A stretch of DNA of 64,000 bases from positions 15,717,037-15,781,036 of the forward strand of contig OZ316891.1 of the NCBI GenBank assembly GCA_973895155.1, in the 5' to 3' direction. The notes beneath the pieces were generated by a model. It worked only from the letters and a program-made list of their open reading frames with translations, did no database searches and was not told the origin of the DNA. Positions within the stretch are counted from its first letter, which is position 1. Every line of letters starts with the position of its first letter. Origin of the DNA: Marsupella aquatica (Eukaryota > Plantae > Marchantiophyta). The translations under genes were made by a program, and so were the position numbers. This document shows, piece by piece, positions 22,307 through 36,566 of the stretch.

Positions 22307-24830
22307 TGTTAGGAATTGACTCTGAGTTCCCAACTTCTAGTTAGTTTGGACTTACTAGGGTTAGTTGGCCCTTGGTTAGTTTAGGATAAGATCCACTTAT
22401 TTAGGCTCACACATCTTAGTCCGCCTTGGAGGTATAGATTGGAGAGAGAGCTTTCTCTCCCTCATTCTTCACATGTACTCTAATATGCTATGGATCCTTT
22501 GGAAGTTTCTCCACTCTGAGTGTCTCGTTGGTGTAGCGTCTGATTGAGTGTCTCTCTCATGTTCTGCATTGTTGTCTAGTCTGAAGCTGATGGTTTTTTA
22601 CAAGTGGTATCAAAGCTTCATGTTTGAGGTTTAGTGGCCTGGGCAATGGTGAGAGCGTTTGTTGTGTTGGATCGGGGTGAAAGATTGAATCATCGTCAAC
22701 GGTTGCATGATTGTTTCACTGGTCGTTTTGCGTTGATAGTTTGACGGGCTGATTGAAACTTCAGCTAAAGTGTCGGAAGTGTCACTATATTTTTTAAGGT
22801 ATTGTCAAGAGGACATTCCGGCAATTTCTCATGGGCATTGATGGGCACTATGTATCGATGAAAGTATCACAACGTTTCATTTGGCAAGTGCGAAGCAATC
22901 TCAACATATGTATTGTTGGTCTTGTTCTTGAAACTTTTGAATATGGCTCTTAGTGGTTAGATAATCACTTGTGGGGTCGTTGGGGGTGCTTTTTTCTTTG
23001 TAAAAAGGTCATGTGTTGTGGGGCCGTACACCTTTGGTAGTGTCGCATTGCAACACAATACGGCGGTGCGAACAGTTTTTCTCGCGTGTGTGCGGAGTGA
23101 GGGGCAAAAGGGAGCTTTTTATTGCCTAGGCACATTGCCCTATGCACGCAAGTAAGCAACGAGGGCTTGGGACACAATGGGGTGATTAAGGGGGCCCATG
23201 GCCTGAGTAGGTATGATTGTACCTGCATGCCCAGTACAATCATTGAGTGGGAGGGGGAGTTTGAAGCTCCCTCCTCTTAAGAGCTCATTTAGGGGGCACA
23301 AGGCCCTATGCTAGTAGGAGAAGGAGGAGAGAGGGTGTAATTAACACCCTGCTCAATGGCTTTGAAGAGGGCACGAGGCCCTAAGTAGGCAACAGGAGGG
23401 GTGAGAGGGATGCTTTAATGCTTCCTCCTTTCGGGAGCACTTAAGTGAGCTCAAGGGTACGAGGCCCTATGGAGGTACAAGCAAGCCAGGAGGGCTTGAG
23501 TGTATGAGGGAGTACAAGGGGCATGAGGAGGAGGGCCGGCGCACAACCCTATGCATAAGTAGGCCAGGTCGGCTTGGTGGCAACACTTGGCAACTATGAG
23601 CGCAAAGCCATAAGGACGGTGGAGATTTTGGCCCTTGATGGGCCTTGTAATTTTTCTTTCTCTTTCGGCTCCTATTTCCGTTTCTTTTGCACTATGTTTT
23701 TCCTTAGGCCGGACAGGTGTCACCATTTTGTGCCTTATGCTGTAATTTTTTACTGTACTTTGATTCTCTAGAAAATATACTTTTCCAAAGAGCTGTTTTT
23801 CGGCCAAAATTCCAAATTTGGCAGTTGTCATGGAAGAATTTTTTTCCGAGATTTTGCAAGGGGATACTCAAGGGAGTTGAGTATGTGCCTGTGAGATTCA
23901 TTTGTGCATTGCTATTGCAAAAATGTTTCAGGACCTAAGATACCCTACGGTTTGGGTTAAATAAGTTTTTGCTAGAGGAGTTTTTGCCGAATCATTTTCA
24001 GAAGTAGGCAATGTACCTTGCATGGCTACACGGTGGTGCATTCCATTTCCACTTCCACCAACTTTCATTTTTTGGTGATTTTTTGGGTGGGGATATTTTG
24101 GTTGTGTTCTTCTTGTGTGTTTGTGGTAGCATCCATGGCTTCTCAAAAGCTTGCAACGCCAAAGTCTGAGGTGGAGAAGTTTGACGGTCCGAAGGTCAGC
24201 TTCAGCCTCTGGACTCGAAAGGTGACCAACACGTTGATTCAATAAGGTCTTGAGAAGACCATCACTGGAGTGAAGCCCTTGTTGAGCATAGATGACATTC
24301 GTAACGGCAAGCCCATGAACCATCCAACGCACAATAGTTGACACAGAGAGATACGTGGTTCACCTTCACATGAGGCTACGTCCACGGGAACACACAAGAG
24401 CTTTACTGCACTCTAGGCCGACCGGCCATACCAAGCATCCACAGCACAAGCTCTCCCTATCTCTCAACTAGCTAAGTAACAATGAGCCTAAGTTCCACCA
24501 GGGTCTAGCATCAGCCCTGGCTATAAACACCAGCACAACCGCTAACATTAGCTAAGTCCTAACCTGAGTTAGACTAATTGTGGTTAGCTCATGAGTCACA
24601 AGACTAGAGCAATATCTAACGGCCCTTGAATCTAACAGATGAGGAGTGGGATGACATGTCGTTATGTCAGGCGTGTAGCTCAATTGAGTTATTCTTGGCA
24701 AACAACATTCTCAAGAACATGTTGGGGATGGGTCATAACGCCAAGAAGATTTGGGATATGCTTACTCAGCTATACCAGAGTACTTCATTGACTACTTGCA
24801 TTTACCCTTTGGAGCGGCTGAGTGGTGGAC
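22307..24830 (+). mobile_element. Truncated Ty1/Copia element: 5' LTR (22307-22602), PBS, long leader, gag remnant
   Basis: TGTTAGG...TTTACA, then tggtatcaaagc (Met-i PBS-like, 22605-22616). Gag reads MASQK...EVEKFDG...FSLW from 24135 and ...EEWDDM...AKKIWDMLTQLYQ from 24626. Confidence 0.82.
24280..24621. mobile_element. Solo LTR inserted in the Copia gag
   Basis: Starts TGTTGAG, ends CTAACG (CA>CG), TSD GCCCT (24275-24279 / 24622-24626); gag resumes across it. Confidence 0.82.
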
Positions 24831-25917
24831 CTCCAACCACGTGCCCGTCCAAACTTGTTTCTCAGCCTTGAAATAAATCAAACCTTGCACTAACACGGAA
24901 TGTTGGGGCCAGTTCCCTTTGACTATACTCCTTGTCATTAGCTCAACGATCTTTACTATCTGCGCAAGCAAGCAACCAACCAACCAACAAGTAACCAGTA
25001 TTGATCTTGAAACTTCCAAGACCATTGTCTTGCATCAAGCTCAACAATCGTTAGTAAGTAGATTAGCGGATAGAGCCTCCCAGACCCGCATGGCCTTGCC
25101 ATAAGCTGAAGCTAAGGTTGACAGCACTGTTTGTCCGGAACAGTCTATCTACCAAATGTTGCCCAAACTTCCCCACTTTCTATCCATCAATGGCTTACCG
25201 CCATGCCTCCAAGACATGCCCATGGCCCAAACTCAGTTTGTCACAAGCTAGTAGTAACACGTCGGGACCATTCAATTTCTAGTTCTTAGCCACCTTCCGG
25301 CGAAACCGGGTTCCGCTCAAAGTCTCACCATGCATTGGGACCAGATCTCAATGGCAGCCCCCAAAATCTACTTGGTTTTACCTCCCCAACATCAGGCCCT
25401 CGTGGGAATCAAATGCGGGATATGGTTATTGTTCGACTTTGGATCGGTAAGAGAAATTCCCCCCATTGCAAGCCTCACATCCAAACCTTTCAATGCACAA
25501 TTAGAGAGCACCATGAGGTATCTTTCTTTATTATCTTTCTAGCGAGCCCAAGCACTGTCCCAACAAAGATCCAATTGTCAAGTTATGCATGTTTCCACTC
25601 CAAAACTCGAAACGACGTATCTTTGTCGATCGTGATCAGCTCAAGCTCAAACTTGAGAGGACCATTTCCCTCATATATGCTTCTGGGGATCTACCACCCC
25701 TAGACTAGCTTTGGTCCCCTATCTTTGGCCCCCTACTCGAGGGTCCCATGGGCCCCGCCACTTAGCTCAAAATGAAAAATAATCCGCAATTTGGCCTCAA
25801 GCACTAATTGTGGCATAGGGGGCTAAAATTTATAGCCTAGCAACCCACTCTGGTCCAGGCAACCCCCCTTGGTCCAGGCAACCCCCCTTGGTCCAGGCGT
25901 GTTCCTTGATGCGCGGA

Positions 25918-26120
25918 GTGGTGGACCTTGTCACCTAGCGCCATGCCTAAGTGCCCCTAGTGCCTGAACGCCTCCACGGAATACCTTGAGCAAGCAACCT
26001 GGTGCCCCTTGCACCACCTGCGGTCCCTCCCATACAAAGCTGCACTTGCTCTCCAACATGACTGCTACTCAACGGTCCTCACTGTCTACATAAGCAACCA
26101 AGCGCCTTGGTAAGTAACCC
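25918..26120 (-). repeat. Inverted copy of 21480-21700
   Basis: Reverse-complement similarity seen by eye. Confidence 0.75.
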
Positions 26121-26184
26121 ATCAGGATCTAGATCTTCCAAGTCTAGCATCCCAAATCAAGCTCAACAGACATTGGTAAGTAGG

Positions 26185-29100
26185 TATGGTGCGTCCCATG
26201 GCTCTCTAAACCCAAGAACCTCCCCTGAACAAGTCGATTCCCACCGGTTTTGCTCTTGCCAAGGCCGGTTTTGTGGCTTATCGGGCATGAAACATTGCTA
26301 ATTGCTTTACTAACTTCCCCGCTAACTTCTTACCCACATATACTAGACAAATCCTTTATCAGGTCATGAGATATGTAGCCAGCCTACTCTAGGCCTCTCC
26401 TTATCCCCTTCTATAGGTCTCCCTTCAGGTATATTTGGATTCCACCCCCGGAATGATGTCCAATTGGCTTGGGTAGCCGCTAAGATCTCTCTCAGCTTGA
26501 CACATCCAACTCTTACTACTTCTTATGACTTCACTTAATTCCTTTCTATCCTGTAGTTGATGTGGGCAATCTTCACACAAGTTGATGCGACACACAAATA
26601 GAAAAATGACTCATACTGACTAAATTATGCCGTGCAATTGCCATACAAATAGTACTTCTCATACACAAGATCTGCAAACTAAGCCAAAAGGCCAACTCTA
26701 TTCAGCTCTTAGGGCTGAGGAAACATGAATATATACAAGAGTCACTGCATAACTAGCCGAGAGCTTCTTTTACTAATTGATCCTAGCCTTGCTGGTGCAC
26801 TAAAAACTTGCCAAGAAAAAGCCATAAACTCCCCGTTGCTCAGGTATTTATCCTAGTAGCACACCTACTTATTTCCTTGTTGTGTAAGCCTAATCTATTT
26901 CTAACTGTAATCTACCTATGTACAAGGAGGCAAGAGCACAAGTGTTGCTCTTACCAATGGATCTACAATCTTACTAATCTAAGTGTCAGGGTTGCCTCTT
27001 GGCCTTGATCCTAATCCTAAATTTGGAGGTCAGCACCCACTCTGCCCACTCAGGCCTCCTTCCTCCACGTCCGCACCCTCTAAAAGGGACGGCCCTCCAC
27101 AACCTTCATGATAGTGGTGGCTGGCCCCCAATGGATGCCCCCAATCCTTCCTCCTTGGCCTCTGTCAGGTTACCTGCTCCCGACTGGGTCAACCCATCCT
27201 TGGCACGACCGGGTCCCACTTTGGCCTCGGCCTTGGCCTCGGCTTCTACTACCTCCCCGACATGAAGAAGTTGTGGGTCCATTGTTGCAGCTTTGGCCCT
27301 GGTAGCCCCGGCTTTGGCCTCTTGGCCAAAGTGGTCCTCCTCATAGGCTTGTCCTACAAGGCGGGTTGTCTCCTCTTCCCAAGGTTGCGGTTGATGCCTA
27401 TCAATGATTGGCGACCCTGAGTTGGACCCCTTCATGGCCGCTCCTAGCTGGTCTTCTTGGCCAACTTCCAAGACTGCCAACTTAACTGCTGTGACCTTGC
27501 ATAAGGCTAGTGCCATGCTCTCTACCTCAGTCACGTGGCCTGAGGAACCGTTGTCATCGGGATGGATAATAGAGGAAAGGAAGTGAAGGCCTTATTCTTG
27601 AGTTGGAAATATTTGGTGAAGGGATTCAGTTTTGGTGTGAGTTTTGTTGTGTTGGAGAAAGTTCAAAAAGACAAAAGAGGAATAAAACAAGCAAAAGTTG
27701 AAGCTTAGACTTAAGGAAATAGAGACTATTACTGTGGTTGAGACACGTGGCATCCTGTGAGCACATTTCATAAGGGTCAGATTCAAAGTAAGACGCGAAG
27801 AGGAGGATCGGAAGGAAAATAACGGCCGATCGAAGAAGGAAGTTAGGGAGGAAGTTTGCGAGGAGTAGACAACGGAGAGTGAGGCGCAATCGAGGTTCAG
27901 GAGGGGGATAAGGAAAATGGCCGAACGTTGGCAGAGTGTCGTGTGGTTATTGGAAGATTTGGGAAGTGAATGAAAAACGGGCCGTGCTGCCGATCGTAAG
28001 AGTTGTTGGGAAGTCTTCGGGAGAACAAGGTGAAGCTGGCGAAATGCTGAAGACTGAGAAGGATATAAAGATGCTCGGTTTTTGTGGTGATTGTCTTTGA
28101 AGAAAATATATCTGAATGAGGATTTCAGGGAGAGGCCGCGCGTTATGAGGTTGAAGGGTGAAAACGGCCGGTGTGGTGTGTGGATTAGATTTTCGGGAGG
28201 AGGCCTGCGTGATGGAGTTTTGGGGAAATAGACAGTGAAACAGCCGAATGTGTGGTTATGGAGTGATTTTTGGTCATGGACAAAGCAGGACGGAGTAGAG
28301 ACAGAATTCAGGGAGAAGGAAAGGAAAACGTGAATCAGAGATTGAGTTCGAGTATTCTGAAGAAGAGTTAGAGTTATAAAAAGAGTTGCGTACGTCATCA
28401 TGGAGGTTAAGAAATTTGGTGAGATATGAGCTCGGGGGTTGGGAGGAAATCATTCATTGCTGCTGTAAATGAGGAAGCAAAGAGCGAAGGAATGCGAGGA
28501 ACCAAGAAGTGCCTAGGGAAGAGACAGGCAAAAGAAAGATGGAAGGGCTATGGATGATAAGGAAAACATGATGAAATCTTGTGGATCGGGAATGGAATTG
28601 GCAGGTGCTGTTGGAGGATCGGTGAATGAAGAGCGTATGGCTTGTTGGTGAATTTGGAAAGAGAGACAGCAAAAAGAGAAAAGATCGATAGTGGCTTTGG
28701 GGACAAGGAAGATCGAGAGTTCTAGGGAGTGAAAGTCGGCTTTGAATCGTTGAAGAAGAGTGGCAAAGGCCGTGGCGTTATTGAATTTCAAAAGGGAGGA
28801 AGGATGCGGATGGGGAGTCAACTCTCCACTGTAATGACTAGCTGATCGTGAGTTACTGTGGAGGATCGAGCTGAAAGTTCACGTTCTTGGGTGAAGTGTG
28901 TTAGGCAGAGTCTGTGCGGGAGTAAAGGAAGACCTGATACACAAATGAGAAGTGAATCATATAAGAAAGACAGGCTTTGGTGTATAAGAATTTGGAAGGA
29001 ACCCATGAATTGAGTGCTCTGGTACGGAGACTGCACATAGACGATACTGACTCGGAAGTTGTTCCATTCGACATGATAGGGAGGAGATGGAAGCTATTGA

Positions 29101-30800
29101 GCTGCAAAGAAGATTGAAAGCTTGAAAAGAGACGAACTAATGCTTGAAAAGGAAAGAGCGAGGACTAGAGCGGACTGCCATGAACGCAATCAGATTTTTT
29201 GACTGAAATGAAGTGAAAGGAAGAAATGCCTCGGGCTAAGGTTCGCAAATATGCACTGGGAAGATTGCCCGGCCTTTAGATTTAATCAAATTTTAATGGA
29301 TCGATGATGAAGTTTTCTAGAAGAAAGAAAGAAAGAAATGATTATCAAGTGCTGAAAAGCTAAAACAAGAAAAGTGGCGTTCGGACTCAGAGAAGTGAAA
29401 CAGCAGGGTCGTAAAGACAAGACCGATCGTAGAGGTGGAAACAGCAGCAGAGAAGCGGAAGACAGGGAAAAGCAATTTTGAAGCTTAGTTTAAAAGTAGG
29501 GAACCAGGCTTAAAGTGGGTAAAAGAAAAAGGAAGAAAAATAAAAATAATAACCCAGAGGAAGGAAACAGGATGGCAGGGAGAAAGTTCTTCTTCCTTTG
29601 GGATTGGGAGGACAAGGAGATGGGGCAGGAAAGAAAGAATTATGGAGTGCTTAAAAAGGAGGAAAAGGAAGCCGAGAAGAAAGAGGCAAGACTACGTTTG
29701 AAGTTATGTAGTGAGTGCCTTGGGTTAACAATTGATGATTAGCTAAGCAGCAGTGAATAAGACCAGTTGAACCTGACCTGGAGACCTGACCTGAGCTGAG
29801 TCGAGGCCCCATAAGAGGAAGAGCCGACAATGATGACTTTGTAGACTACAAAGATGTTGTAATTTTGAAACCTTAAAAGGGTTTTAAAAGAATAAAAAGG
29901 AGAAGAAATAAAGAAGAGTGTTTCTGAAAAATCTTGGATGTTGCAAAGGTGTTGTGAATAGATTGAGCGAATTATAGCTAACCTGAAAACAAGGAATAAA
30001 AGTAAGAGTTGAAGATTAATTTGACTTCATTGATTTTAAGGAGTGAACTTAAACAATTTTTGTTAAAACCATCTACTATCTACAAAAAGCACCATACCTT
30101 AAACCAATAAGGAATAGAATGAATGAATAGAGAAAATTGTTTGTTTTAAAGAAGCTAAAATACGAAAGGAAAATTATGCCAAATAGAACCTCTTAACTCG
30201 GATTGAAACACAATAAGAAAACTGATACACATGTGATTGAAAGAAAGTAAGAAAGTCCCTAAAATATGTAAGAAACTAGTATTTCATACCGCCATTAACG
30301 GTTCCCCGGACACCGTGTTGACCCCTGACCTTGAAGGTTTCTGCTTCTTCTTGCCCTTCCCTTCCAAGACAGTCGGTGCCTTCCCCTTGCCCTCGCCCTT
30401 GCCTATTAATTCTGGCAAGGGTAAGGATACCTCAACTTGTCCTTCGGCTAGTAACATGCCTTGCAACCTTGTTGTCGCCACCGGGGGTCCACTTGGTGTA
30501 GCCGAGCATTTCAACTCCACGGCCAGTTTCTTTAACCGCTCCATTTGATTGTCTTGCTGCAAGTTCTCCACCTTCCACATGCTGTCCTCCAACTCCTCGA
30601 TCCTGAGTCTCATCCAGCTCTCCCCGAGAGTTGCGGAGTTGACTACCTTAACACTTAGCTCCGACATTGCTGACTCCAACGCCAAGCTCTTATGGTCCAG
30701 GCCCGGATACGCCATCCGGGGAGGACTTAGCATGGGGAGACTGGTGGGCAACAGGGCGTGGCACTTGCAAAGGCAAGGCGCCAAGCTGGTGACATACACT
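26185..30800 (-). mobile_element. Diverged copy of the 51427-56138 element family, interrupted by ~2.7 kb of unrelated sequence
   Basis: 26185-~27250 aligns with 51427-~52500. ORF 30284-30799 (RLKKLAVELKCSATPSGP...KKKQKPSRSGVNT) resembles ORF 52552-52995. Right boundary uncertain. Confidence 0.75.
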
Positions 30801-32944
30801 AAGGAGTTAAACTAGCTGAGGGTTGGTCGGGTCAAAGAGAAAAGGGTTGGGCTCAAGGTTGATCGTCCAGACCCCTGGACAGACTTTGAGTTCTAAGGGC
30901 TTGAGTGAGAGCTCCTCTTGGGCCCAAGGCCAATGGAATTGACTCCATGGGCAACGGATGCTTGGGGCTCGAGTTATGGCCTGATCTGGGTTTGGCCGAT
31001 CAGGGGCCTTGGGTGACAATGGGATTTGAGGGCCTAGGCATAAGCACTGGGTCGGCCCAATCACAATGGGCTAAGGCACTCCGCTTGCGGATGTCTAACT
31101 AGAAAGTTATGGGCATTGCCAGTTGGTGACACGCCCAGACATGCGGGTTGAGGTCCAGGTGGGGGCCAAAATTTGGGGACCAAAGTTGGTTCGGGAGTGT
31201 GTTAACCGCTGAAGTTGACTGGTTGCCAACTCCTGGAGTTAACCCTCCTCCGGAACTCCTAACTCCTCCACTATCCTTCTTTGTATCAATTAAACATCAT
31301 ACGGCTTCAATTGATCCGATTTCTCATTCACTTGTCATCTACCATTTAACCTTTTTGTCAAACAATTAGTGATGACCTGTACGATTACTCGAGATAGTGA
31401 TCTAACTATCTTAGTTTGATCCTCCGTTTGTTACTTGAATTGAATGTCAATTTCCCTTTTCCCTTTCAGTTAATGTTTCTTCAAATAGGATTTCCAAACC
31501 CATTGTAGAAAATTCCTCAGATACTGACTCTTCTTCTTCCTCTCTAATAATTCTCACCCAACTCTCAATCAGGGCTTTACATCCATTCGGGGCATTTTGT
31601 AGCCCAAATGGGATGTGTTCCAATCTAAATGACCAATCAGAGGTAGCTAATTCCATGTTACCTACTCTGGGTCTCACTTAGAATTTGCCTCTTATCCATT
31701 ACTCAACATTTCACTTTGGCAAGGATTCCTTTAACTGTTTGTAATCTCAATCACCACATGCCATACCATTCTGATATTTCCTTTTACAGGTTCCAACCAA
31801 ATCCAAATGAATTCTCCATTGTCAAAGGTTAATATTTCCAGCCATCTCTTTTTCAATATCAATTTCTTAGTCTTGATTCTACTGACATACAACAAATACA
31901 AGCTATGCAATCGAATGCTCCCTGAATTCCTGCCAATAGGCCTTGATTGCATCTTTCATTCCATGAACACATCAATTTCTTTACATGGTTTATCTTCCAT
32001 GGGCTTCCATCTACCTCCAGATCTAGCAATCCGGCACTACCTCCTCCTGGGCTGCCTCTCAAGCTTCCTGATCCTGAAAGTTTCCACAACAAAAGACCCC
32101 CACCACTCCTACTCTGCTATCCTATATCTCTTCTACAGATAGGTTTGTTTAACTTCCTCTAACAATTAGCAGTTGTAACTATCAAACTGCTTATTCAGTT
32201 TTTCTAACCGCTTTATTCCACTAAAGGCACATGTTAATCGTTACTTGTCATAGTAACTCTTAACTGTTACTTGTTACTGGATCATGCATCTCTTAACTGG
32301 TTGTCTTTCAGGTAATCGTTCCTCAGAACGATCAGTCGACCTTTACTTTTTCTTTTTCCAACAAATAACCCGCAAAACCCTAGTACGGGAAAAGGGGCCA
32401 AACAGGCAACATAGAGGCCCAAACAAGGCAGGCAGGAGACAAGAGACCAACTAAAACCAAAATAGACCACACACCAAAAAAGCCCCGGGCAAGAGGCCAC
32501 AGGGTGAAGAAGGCTGAAAAGCATCACCGCCCATGCTTAGTCCTAGATGCTTGTTCTATCTAGGGCAACCCAACTAGGGAATCCCCAAAAGTCTAAGTAT
32601 AGTGGGCTAAGGACAGATGTCGTAAATCAAGGGGGGTATTTACAAACGACAAGAAATAGGAAACAGTAACAGGAAACAGTTACTGGTAACAGGAAAGTGG
32701 GTGGTAATTTTTTTTGATTTTTTTTTTGATTTTTTTTTTGATTTTTTTTTGGGGAATTTTTTTTTTTTTTGTTTTGGTTTGTCATCATCATATTGCTAGC
32801 GCCCAGAGCTAACAATAGCAACGCTTGGCGCTCGCAAAAAAATGTCATGATTTTAATTATTTTGAAAAATAAGTCATAAATTTTTTACTGGTAACAGGAA
32901 ACTTTTTGCTGGTACCAGTAAACCTGTTTACTGTTTGCTGTTAT

Positions 32945-34452
32945 GGTGGTGATGCCCAATCAGGGGGAAATGGAGAACCGTGCCTCCGCCCGAGGGGCCC
33001 AGTTCAACGTTCCTTAATAATTTCCTCCTTGGTCCGCAGCAACCGTGTGCGCCTATTGCAGGGGCCAAAATCCTCACACAGTCCATGAAGTAGATCAATG
33101 ATCTCCACAAATATCTTCAACAGATCAAAACTTCTCCTTCTTCCATTATTAAATAGACTGTCATGGAAGGCTTGGGAGGAGCTGCGTGCCCATCTGGCTT
33201 TTTGTCCTGGGAGATATGGTGCCCCTGGACGCTGGAGCATTAACGATGCAATTAGATGTATGGTAGATTTCAATTCATTGCCAAATGTGGACATTGTAGG
33301 AGTCACTGCTATTTGTGGACGCTTGGGAATGAGATCAATTCAGGACGGATGGTCGGTGGAGACAGGGGGCTGGAAAGACCTTCCGCTTAGGGGGCAGGTG
33401 CTGCGAGGATTCACGGGGGAGCACAGAGGGCTGGCTAGAGCGTTCCTAGGGAGAATTTGGGAGTCAACTGCCTGCAGGTGGGACAGGGATCCTCCGGCCA
33501 GACAGTGGCGCTGGTCTGACAGGGTAGAACCTCTCAAGGACTTTCAGATCACCAACTGCAGGGTCTACCAGTTCTTGAGACCCAAGATGAGCCTTCATGT
33601 GTTGCTTAATAGGTGCTGGTCCTCACACCGGTCGGAAATTGAATGGTGCATTGGATGGAAGAAGCTGTGGATTTCTGACCTCTCCTGCAGGGCAAAAACC
33701 TTTATCTGGCAGATCTTGGTTGGTGGATTGTTTACTGGTCAACGGGCCCTCCGTATCCAGGCTGGTACTGGGAATTGCAAGCTTTGCTGTGGGGTCTTGG
33801 AGACGATGCAACATTTGTTCATTGAATGTTCCCATGCCTCATGTTGCTGGAGGATGTGTGACAGGATTTTGACGGAGCTTCGCTTACCCATTGGAGGTGG
33901 TCTGCTGGCTATTCTTGATGCATCGACAGGACCGGAGCCTATTCACACTGCTAGGATCTTTTGTGTATATCAGACTCTCTGGATGATTTGGCTGGGAAGA
34001 AATGAACATATGTTCTCTGACAAGGTGGGACGTTCATTTGACTTGGGCCTGATGCTTGCTGAGACTGCCAATCACATCCATGCGGTTGGGGCTGGTTTAC
34101 GCTTTGGGCGGCGTCGCTCTCGGTTGAACCGGGCTCAGGAATGGTTGCGGGGAACGAGGCAAATCTGGCTGAGACGGGGTGGGGACAGGATTCTCTTGGT
34201 GCCCTCTAGCGGCGGCGTTGCTGATTGAGGGGTCTGCTTTTTGGGGGGCTGCTGTGGGAAGGGCATGGGTGCTCTCTTGATCGGTGTTATTTCCCTTCTT
34301 TGAGGGGGGGCTCTCCCTGGGGCTTTGATGCTCTCTTTTGTGCTTTTGGGCTCTCTTTGTGGCTTGCTAGTGTGCTGTTGCTGTCCCTGTATTAAGGGCT
34401 GTTGTTCCCCCTATCCGTGGGGTCTTTCACGGTATTAAAATTTATAAAAAAA
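32945..34452 (+). mobile_element. 5'-truncated L1 LINE (ORF2 C-terminus with zf-RVT) with 3' UTR and A-tail
   Basis: ORF 33098-34228 contains WKKLW...KTFIWQIL...CKLCCGVLETMQHLFIEC...LWMIWLGRN; A-run at 34446-34452. 5' boundary approximate. Confidence 0.85.
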
Positions 34453-36566
34453 ACCATTCCAAGGAAATAGACTGTCATTCCGAGCAAGCCAAATATGCCA
34501 GAGCACTTGATACATCATGAAGACTATCAATGAGCGAGCAAGGGTGTGGCCATAAAATGCACCCATTAGTGCTCTCAGATCACCTACAGGCCATGTGATC
34601 AAATCTGGAAAAGTCCTGGCAACCAGTTCCCAACCTTGGATAGCAAGCTTGCAAAAGAAGAAGTGTGGGGTATGGTCTCAGGAACATGACAGCACAGACC
34701 ACAAGTACCATCACCCTTACCCATCCTCAATGCCCAGACGTTAGGGAAAAGCCCTTGTGCAATCACTCTCCAAAGAAATGTGCGAGACTTTGTGGGGAGA
34801 TCAGACAACCAGAGTGAGTGCAAAAGTTTACTCCACTCCAAGTCAGAGAGATGAAGCGACCAGATGCGGTTGAGCCTAGTAAAGTCACTGCCCTTTGTGC
34901 AAAGGAGTTGGTATGCTCTAGCATTGGGAAGGGCAAATTGGCTCATTCTCTCTTTTTTTTCCGCCCAGATCCAACACGCTGCTGAAGAACCAACCTCCCT
35001 GTCATCTGTAATCCTTCTGATTCTCCTCACAAAGGAGATGCACAGCGCCTCCAACTCCCGGTCCAAACCTCTGATCTTGTTGAGCTTGTGTCGGGCAAAT
35101 TCCGGAGTGTTGCCACCCTAGCGTTTGAGATTAGAGACCTTTCTCAGACCAATTTGGCTGCAAGTCCGGATCAGCATACCTTTTGTTTCTTCTGGAAGAT
35201 CCTAAAACCCTTCTAGACTCTTGATGATATCTTCAATGCTCCACCAAGCGGCCACAGCAGCACCAGCAAGCAAAAATAACAAGTGTGTATGGAGTGCTTC
35301 CCAGGCTTTCCAGAGACTGCCAGTAGCTCAGTCCGCTGAATGAGCAAGGATAACACAATAGGAGGCGGTCAAAGAGGGAATAGCCATTTCTCCCGATGGT
35401 CTTGTGGTTACGCCATTTTGCCATTTTCAAATTCTTGTAGTAGAGCTTGGCCCAGTCTGTGTCCGGGTGATCAAGCGCCTGGTAGAACCATTGTGCTAGG
35501 AGTGTATCCAAGTGGCTCCTAAATTCCTTGAAGCCCAACCCACCTTCAACCTTTGGGCGGGCCAATGTCTTCCAAGCCACTAGTGGCACCTTTCTCCCCC
35601 TTGCAGCGTTGTAACCCAAGGAAATCACCGCATAGAGCTACCATTTTCCTGGCCAGAGCACTCGAAGAATGTAAGAACATCATATGGTAAATGGGTACAG
35701 CTTGAAGAACATGTTTTACTAGTATAGTCCTGCCCGTGAATGATAAAAACCTGTGGCCCACGTAGAGAGCCTGGATTCAATTTGATCGAGACAGAAAGTG
35801 TGGAGCTTGGAGGCCTGTATCCCCCAACCCAAAGGAGCACCCAAGTACTTCTGAATTTCCCCTTTCCGGCTAATAGTGCAACCTGTCTTGACAAGCCATT
35901 CCAAAATCTCTCGAGTCCCAAGGGAATAACAGTCAACTTATGAAAATTCAGTTTAGCACCCGATGCCAACTCATAACACTCTATAGCTTGTCTGGCCCCA
36001 TAAAAATCCTCGGGAGTAGCAGGAATAAACATTCTGAGGTTGTCAGCAAAGAATTTGTAACATATCGTCAACACCTTCGATATCTGAATTCCTCTCAGGG
36101 TGCCTTGTGCCAGTTCTCCATCTAAGAAATCCATGAATGGTTGGGTCGATAGTACAAACAGTAGAGGAGAGAGTGAGCAGCCTTGGCATAGTACTACGCC
36201 TCTTAGCATTCAAATGTCCTTAGAGAAGAGGCCATTAATGTGAATCTTAGAGCTGACTAGCTTGATGAAGTGACTCCCGATTCCCAAGAGGTGCAGGGAT
36301 TCCCAAATGTAAGTATGGTTGACCCAATCAAACTAAGGCTTTCTCAAAATCAAGCTTGAGGAACAAGGATTTTTCCTTTTGGTTCTTACCCAGTCTGCTG
36401 TAAGCCGCACTGTAGAAATGTTCTCAAGAATGTGTCGTCCTGGAATAAAGCCAGATTGCTAGGGCTGATCAGATGGTTCAGCAGTGGTTTTAAGCGTTTG
36501 GCTAGGAGTTTGGCTATAATCTTGTATGTCGTATTAAGCATCGTGAGAGGCCTCTAGTCCTTCAAT

